DNA of 64,000 nucleotides from an uncultured Candidatus Saccharibacteria bacterium (GTDB lineage Bacteria; Patescibacteriota; WWE3; CAZQFB01): NCBI GenBank assembly GCA_964592525.1, contig CAZQFB010000004.1, positions 1,195 to 65,194 of the forward strand, read 5' to 3'. Shown piece by piece: positions 58,454 to 64,000 of this stretch (position 1 is its first letter; each line of letters starts with the position of its first letter). The notes under the pieces were generated by a model. It saw only the letters and a program-made list of their open reading frames with translations, ran no database searches and was not told where the DNA came from. The position numbers and the translations under genes were made by a program.

Positions 58454-59494
58454 ATGACACCTCACTACAACATTACTAATGCAATTGTTAATAATTTAGG
58501 TCGCATTGAGGCTGCTCGTGCAATTATTGAAAACGCGATTTTAGTACCTTTGTGGGAGAGGCAGTTTAGAGAAGAGGCAGTGTTACGGGCAGTACACCAT
58601 TCCACTCATGTGGAGGGCAATTCTCTTTCTAAGCACCAAACCCAAAAAATACTAGATGGTCAAGTGGTGCAGCTACTGGAAAAACGTGATGTGCAGGAGA
58701 TCATCAACTACCGCCAGGTGATTCAGTATATTGAAGATGTTTATAAGGATCACAGTAAACCGATTACGCTAGAAACCATTAATAAAATCCATGCTCTGTG
58801 TATGCAAAAGGTTTTAGCTGAAGTGGCGTTGGGTAAATATCGGACGGGTACGGCGGTGGTTAAAAATATGGTCACGGGTGCCATAGTTTTTACCCCACCG
58901 GTTCCCTCGGCAGTGCCATCTTTAATGGACGAGTTTATTAAATGGTTATGGCACGCTAATACGGATAACATTAATGCCATTTTGAAGGCAGGGATTATCC
59001 ATTACCAATTGGTGTATATCCATCCTTTTACCGATGGTAATGGTCGGACTGCTCGGGCTCTGTCCACGCTTAGTTTATATAAAGATGGCTATGATATTAA
59101 AAGGTTTTTTTGTTTAGATGAATACTTTGACAATGATAGTATTTCCTATTACTCTGCCTTGCGCTTAACGGATGAGCAACAAGATTTAACCCCTTGGTTA
59201 GAATATTTTTCCTATGGCTTGGCGCAGGAATTAGAAAAAGTTAAAGAACGGGTACTCCAATTGTCCCGTGAAGCTAGATTGCGTAAAGTGGTGGGGCAAG
59301 TTGCCTTAAATGACCGTCAAGAAAGAATCATGCTCTTTCTGGAAAGGTCGGGTCAAATTGCTAACAAAGACTGGCGCTTATTATTTCCCGATGTTTCGGA
59401 TGATACCATCTTGCGGGATTTGAAATTTCTACAAAAAAAGAGAATGATCAAAAAACGAGGTAAAACTAAGGCTTCCTATTACCAATTGACTTAG
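58454..59494 (+). CDS. Fic family protein (AMPylase/Fido domain) with C-terminal winged-helix
   Basis: Fic motif HPFTDGNGRTARAL (HxFx[DE]GNGR). Confidence 0.85.
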   Translation: MTPHYNITNAIVNNLGRIEAARAIIENAILVPLWERQFREEAVLRAVHHSTHVEGNSLSKHQTQKILDGQVVQLLEKRDVQEIINYRQVIQYIEDVYKDHSKPITLETINKIHALCMQKVLAEVALGKYRTGTAVVKNMVTGAIVFTPPVPSAVPSLMDEFIKWLWHANTDNINAILKAGIIHYQLVYIHPFTDGNGRTARALSTLSLYKDGYDIKRFFCLDEYFDNDSISYYSALRLTDEQQDLTPWLEYFSYGLAQELEKVKERVLQLSREARLRKVVGQVALNDRQERIMLFLERSGQIANKDWRLLFPDVSDDTILRDLKFLQKKRMIKKRGKTKASYYQLT

Positions 59495-59564
59495 AGAAAC
59501 CAATTACTTATTGGCGCTTTAGGGTACGCAACGGGGTATCTCTTTTTTTGTACATCACAAGCGG

Positions 59565-61379
59565 GTGTTCCTGCTTTATAATAACCTTATGCATTATTTT
59601 GCTGTCGCCAAGGTATTCGCACGGATGGAGGCGACTACTTCCCGTAACGAAATCACCCTACTTTTTGCTGAATTATTAAAACAGGCCTCTGTTGCAGAGG
59701 TTGATAAGCTGTGCTATTTAGTCTTGGGGCGTCTGCGACCCAGGTTTGAGCCTGTAGAGTTCCAAATGGCAGAAAAAATGATCATCCAAGCGGTGGCGCA
59801 AGCCTTTATGGTACCAGTGCTAAAAGTGAGTCAGCAGTATGATAAGCTGGGTGATTTAGGGGATGTGGTAGAACAGCTTTGCCAGCAGAAAACGAGCTCT
59901 CTTACTCTATCGGCGGTGTATGACCAACTGTTACTGATTGCCGAAGCGGAAGGGACGGGTTCACAGGCTAGAAAAATCGCTTTATTGGCTAGGTTGCTCT
60001 CCCGTTTAGATGCGGTAAGCGGTAAATACTTAGTGCGGACGCTGGTGGGTAAACTGCGCTTTGGTCTCTCCGAGGTCACCATCTTAGATGCGCTGTCTTG
60101 GTTGTTGGTGGGCGATAAATCCCGAAGAGAAGAGATTGAACGTGCCTACAATGTGTCAGCTGATATTGGTTTTATTGCCCAAGTGGTTAAAGCACAAGGA
60201 GATAAGGGTCTGCACAAAGTAACCGCTCAAGTGGGTACGCCCATTAGAACTGCCCAAGCGGAAAGACTACCCACGCCGGCGGGTATTGTGGCTAAGCTAG
60301 GTGAATTTGCGGTGGAAGCTAAGTATGATGGGTTCAGAGTCCAGATTCATCTGGATAAAAGTCGGTCTTACCAAGCAAGTAAACAAAACACTGCTCAAAG
60401 ATCCTTGCTGCCTGGGGAAGAGCGTGGTCCTTTTGTGCGCATCTTTAGCCGTAATCTTGAAGATATTACCGACAGTTTTCCTGATGTGGTTGCTGCAGTG
60501 CAACAATTGCCGGTGCACAAAGCAATTTTTGATGGTGAGGCGATTTCCTATAACCCGGACACCGAGGAGTATTTATCGTTTCAGGAAACAGTACAGCGTC
60601 GCAGAAAACATCAAATCAGCCAAAAACAAGAGGAACTACCACTACGCGTGTTTGTTTATGATCTTCTTTATTATGATGACCGTGCTCTCCTGGCGGAGCC
60701 TTTTACTAACAGACGTCAGCTCTTAGAAAAGATCATGCGCCATAATACCCACTTGGATATTGTGTTAACAACGCAAGAGATTGTGAGTAGTGCAGAAGAA
60801 GTGCTTAGATTATTCAATTTGTATGTATCCGAAGGGTTGGAAGGTATTATGTGTAAAAAACTGGATAGCGTGTATCAGGCGGGTGCGCGCAACTTTAATT
60901 GGATTAAGTATAAGCGGATTGAGAGCGGTGAGCTAAGGGATACGATAGATGCTGTGGTCATGGGCTATTACTTGGGCAAGGGTCGGCGAAGTAGTTTTGG
61001 CATCGGCGCTTTTCTGGTGGGTGTTAGTAATAATGATAGTCAGGATAATAAGTATCTGACGATTGCCAAAATTGGTACTGGGGTGAGCGATCAGCAGTGG
61101 TCTGAATTGAAGACACTTTTTGATCAATATCGTCTTGAAGTTATTCCGGATAATTATTTAATACCTCCCATGTTAACACCAGATAAATTGGTTAAACCCG
61201 CGCTGGTGGTTGAGGTCCGTGCTGATGAGATTAGTATTTCCCCAATGCACTCGTCCCAGTTTGCCTTGCGCTTTCCTCGTTTAATTAAGCTGCGTGAGGA
61301 TAAGTCAGTAGAGGAAGTCACCACCTTAGCGGAGATAAGAAAGCTGTACCAAGCCCAACCAATGCATGGGAACAGGTAG
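59565..61379 (+). CDS. ATP-dependent DNA ligase (archaeal/eukaryotic type)
   Basis: Adenylation motif I EAKYDGFRVQIH (KxDGxR), motif FDGEAISY, and OB-fold C-terminus. 604 aa. Confidence 0.8.
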   Translation: MFLLYNNLMHYFAVAKVFARMEATTSRNEITLLFAELLKQASVAEVDKLCYLVLGRLRPRFEPVEFQMAEKMIIQAVAQAFMVPVLKVSQQYDKLGDLGDVVEQLCQQKTSSLTLSAVYDQLLLIAEAEGTGSQARKIALLARLLSRLDAVSGKYLVRTLVGKLRFGLSEVTILDALSWLLVGDKSRREEIERAYNVSADIGFIAQVVKAQGDKGLHKVTAQVGTPIRTAQAERLPTPAGIVAKLGEFAVEAKYDGFRVQIHLDKSRSYQASKQNTAQRSLLPGEERGPFVRIFSRNLEDITDSFPDVVAAVQQLPVHKAIFDGEAISYNPDTEEYLSFQETVQRRRKHQISQKQEELPLRVFVYDLLYYDDRALLAEPFTNRRQLLEKIMRHNTHLDIVLTTQEIVSSAEEVLRLFNLYVSEGLEGIMCKKLDSVYQAGARNFNWIKYKRIESGELRDTIDAVVMGYYLGKGRRSSFGIGAFLVGVSNNDSQDNKYLTIAKIGTGVSDQQWSELKTLFDQYRLEVIPDNYLIPPMLTPDKLVKPALVVEVRADEISISPMHSSQFALRFPRLIKLREDKSVEEVTTLAEIRKLYQAQPMHGNR

Positions 61380-61453
61380 TTATTAGTTTCTAGTTGTTAG
61401 TTATTAGTTGGATTTCAGGATAATATATTACTAAGACCTAGAACCTAACAACT

Positions 61454-63991
61454 ATGGTATATAACCAAACTGCCAAGCAATTATTTTCTGAACTGGATAG
61501 CCACGAGAGTGGTTTAGGTGAGGCCCAAGTTAAAGAAAGGCAAACAGAGTATGGGCAAAATGTTCTTCCTGCTAAGCCACCAACTCCCGCTTGGGCGATA
61601 CTATTACAACAGTTAAAAAGCCCTTTGATCTACATTTTACTTATAGCGATGGTGATTACTTTCTGGTTGCAGGATTATGCCGATGCGCTGGTGATCTTTT
61701 TAGCAGTCTTTTTAAATACCATTCTAGGTTTTATCCAGGAATACAAGGCGCAGAAAGCTTTTCATGAACTGAAAGCACTACTTACACCTCAAGCTGTAGT
61801 GAGAAGAAACGGTTTGGAGCAAGTGCTACCTGCTGCCGAGGTGGTCCCGGGAGATGTGTTGGTTTTGCAACCTGGTTCGAAAGTGTCAGCTGATGTCCGT
61901 TTATTTGCTGCTCATGAGCTGCTCATTAATGAAGCAATCTTGACCGGTGAAGCAGAAGGGGAAGAGAAGAATACCGTAGTATTAGCAGGAGAGATAGCGG
62001 TGGGGGATCGAACTAATATGGCTTTTACTGGCACTGAAGTCTTAGCGGGTCATGGTTTAGGTTTGGTTGTGGCTATTGGTCTAAATACTGAATTAGGTAA
62101 GATTGCGACGCTACTGCAGGAGACCAAAGAAGCAGCCACGCCACTGCAGGATAGACTGTCAAGGTTGAGTGGCCAATTGGCTTTGATTGTGGTGCTGGTG
62201 GCTTTTGTAGTTTTTGTGGTCGGCGCGGTTGCTGGGCATTCGGTGGTGGAAATGTTTACTACGGCAGTAGCTTTAGCGGTGGCGGCTATCCCTGAAGGCT
62301 TGGCGGTATCGCTCACGGCCATTTTAGCTTTAGGGATGCAACGGATATTAAAAAGGCAAGCTTTGGTGCGGAAGTTAGTGGCGGCGGAAACTTTAGGTTC
62401 AACGACGGTTATTTGTTCTGATAAAACGGGTACTTTAACCGAAGGTATTATGCGCGTCACCAAAACCAATTTTGTGGATCGGGACACGGCTTTACAGGTT
62501 ATGGTGCTCAATAATAATCGAGCTAACCAAACGGAGGTGGCTCTTTGGGATTATACGGAAAATGAAGCAGAATGGTCCAATATTAACTTAGTGCAGCGTA
62601 GGACCAGATTAGCAGAAGTTCCTTTTAGCTCAAAAAATAAGTATATGTTAACGCTCCATGTGGCGGCTGGTGGGGATAACGTCGTGTACGCTAAAGGTGC
62701 CCCAGAAGTGCTGCTTTCCTGGTGTGTTTTTGCTCCTGGGCAAAAGGAAATGTGGTTGGAGCGGGTTAATGAGTATGCTGGGCAAGGTTTAAGAGTATTA
62801 GCGTTAGCACAAAAGAAACAAACGTCAACTCAAATTGACGAGCAGTCAAAGAGAGACTATGTCTTTCTGGGTTTAGTGGGTATTGAAGACCCGCCACGCA
62901 AGGGGGTTAAAGCAGCGTTACAGTTAACGCGGGCAGCGGGTATAAAAGTCATCATCATTACTGGGGATAATCGCATTACGGCTGAAGCGATCATGCGTAA
63001 AGTGGGTATTGACGTTAAGTCTTCAGAGGTTATGGAAGGCTGGGAACTAGCTAAGCTAGGTGCAGACGAGTTAGTTAAAGTGGTGGACAAGGTTAAACTT
63101 TTTGCTCGCGTGTCGCCCGAGCACAAACTATTGATTGTGGATGCTTTGCAGTCAAAAGGTGAGGTGGTGGCCATGACTGGAGATGGGGTTAATGATGCTC
63201 CGGCTTTAAAGAAAGCTGATATTGGTATTGTGGTTAATAATGCCACTGATGTGGCGAAAGAGATTGCTGATATGGTGCTGTTGGATAGTAACTTTAATAC
63301 GATTGTGGCAGCGGTGGAAGAAGGTCGGGGTATCTTTGATAATATTCGTAAGATTATTTTGTATCTTCTGTCAGACAGCTTTTCCGAGATACTGCTTATT
63401 CTTGGTGCTTTAATGTTACGTTTACCGCTACCGTTATCGGCTTCGCAGATATTGTTTATTAACTTAATCACCGATGGTTTCCCCAATTTAGCACTTACAG
63501 CAGACCCTAAAGAACAGGGAATCATGGCGGAACCGCCAAAATCCAATCAAGAAAGCTTGCTCAATACCGAAATTAAAGTGCTTATTACGTTAGTAAGTAT
63601 TTTTACGGCTGGTACAGCTCTGCTGATATTTTTATATTACTGGTATAGCACTAATAATTTAATGCTCGCGCGGTCGGTGGTCTTTGCTGCTTTAGGAGTA
63701 GATTCTCTGTTGTATGTTTTTTCTATCCGCTCCCTTCGGCAAAGTGTTTGGCAGAAGCACTTATTTGATAATAAATGGCTTTTATTGGCAGTGGGTTTGG
63801 GTTTTGCTCTTCAGTTTTCAGTTTTTTATCTACCGGCTTTAAGAGACTTGCTCCAATTGGAACCATTGTTACTAGAGCATTGGCTGGTGGTGTTGGGGGT
63901 AGCTATGTTAGTGATTATGCTTATTGAATTTACCAAAGGCATTTTTTTACGCCAGAGAAGGGGAACCCCGCCCCTTGGTGGTGAGCACTAG
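61454..63991 (+). CDS. P-type cation-transporting ATPase (type II, Ca2+/Mg2+-ATPase-like)
   Basis: Phosphorylation site CSDKTGTLT, TGES-like TGEAEG, hinge MTGDGVNDAPALKKADIG, and 10 predicted TM segments. Confidence 0.85.
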   Translation: MVYNQTAKQLFSELDSHESGLGEAQVKERQTEYGQNVLPAKPPTPAWAILLQQLKSPLIYILLIAMVITFWLQDYADALVIFLAVFLNTILGFIQEYKAQKAFHELKALLTPQAVVRRNGLEQVLPAAEVVPGDVLVLQPGSKVSADVRLFAAHELLINEAILTGEAEGEEKNTVVLAGEIAVGDRTNMAFTGTEVLAGHGLGLVVAIGLNTELGKIATLLQETKEAATPLQDRLSRLSGQLALIVVLVAFVVFVVGAVAGHSVVEMFTTAVALAVAAIPEGLAVSLTAILALGMQRILKRQALVRKLVAAETLGSTTVICSDKTGTLTEGIMRVTKTNFVDRDTALQVMVLNNNRANQTEVALWDYTENEAEWSNINLVQRRTRLAEVPFSSKNKYMLTLHVAAGGDNVVYAKGAPEVLLSWCVFAPGQKEMWLERVNEYAGQGLRVLALAQKKQTSTQIDEQSKRDYVFLGLVGIEDPPRKGVKAALQLTRAAGIKVIIITGDNRITAEAIMRKVGIDVKSSEVMEGWELAKLGADELVKVVDKVKLFARVSPEHKLLIVDALQSKGEVVAMTGDGVNDAPALKKADIGIVVNNATDVAKEIADMVLLDSNFNTIVAAVEEGRGIFDNIRKIILYLLSDSFSEILLILGALMLRLPLPLSASQILFINLITDGFPNLALTADPKEQGIMAEPPKSNQESLLNTEIKVLITLVSIFTAGTALLIFLYYWYSTNNLMLARSVVFAALGVDSLLYVFSIRSLRQSVWQKHLFDNKWLLLAVGLGFALQFSVFYLPALRDLLQLEPLLLEHWLVVLGVAMLVIMLIEFTKGIFLRQRRGTPPLGGEH

Positions 63992-64000
63992 AACATAGCT

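Noticed and set aside
62050-63546. Minus-strand ORFs 62050..62511 and 62857..63546
   Set aside because: Antisense within the P-type ATPase gene. S/T/A-rich translations without motifs.

Overview
All calls below are by eye from the sequence and the ORF track; no searches or computations were run.

The window is a 64 kb segment of a low-GC bacterial chromosome (roughly 40-45% GC by eye). It has the gene content typical of Patescibacteria/CPR-like organisms.

Housekeeping genes:
- ruvC-ruvA-ruvB plus a histidine phosphatase.
- trxB and a CxxC-less TrxB-like paralog.
- sufC-sufB-sufD-like, a four-helix-bundle ORF, and sufS.
- A NifU/IscU-like scaffold.
- rpiB, an rpe-like gene, LOG, and transketolase split into N- and C-subunits.
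- Archaeal-type triosephosphate isomerase.
- ftsH, a 5'-3' exonuclease, a GT4 glycosyltransferase, fpg, recF, rnhB, Fic, an ATP-dependent DNA ligase and a P-type ATPase.
- Four tRNAs: Ile-UAU, Ala-CGC, elongator Met/Ile2-CAT and initiator fMet-CAT.

Accessory content is unusually rich:
- A sortase divergently transcribed from three tandem paralogous cysteine-rich secreted proteins (one is cut at the window start; one carries a vWA/MIDAS domain). Two have non-LPXTG C-terminal sorting-like tails.
- A YD-repeat/Rhs protein (1673 aa) whose RHS core and RelE/ParE-like toxin tip sit on a separate ATGA-overlapping ORF.
- A 1894-aa cysteine-rich giant surface protein with repeated CGDGVC...CPxDC mini-modules.
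- An O-antigen-ligase-like membrane protein with TPR repeats.
- A beta-propeller secreted protein.
- A tyrosine recombinase next to tRNA-Ala and degenerate tRNA fragments.
- Duplicated ~115-bp elements downstream of ftsH.
- GC-rich islands (about 52.3-53.1 kb and 54.4-57.3 kb) carrying an FG-GAP/VCBS repeat protein and small hypothetical ORFs.

fpg appears to initiate at an AUA codon. No rRNA genes or CRISPR arrays were seen.
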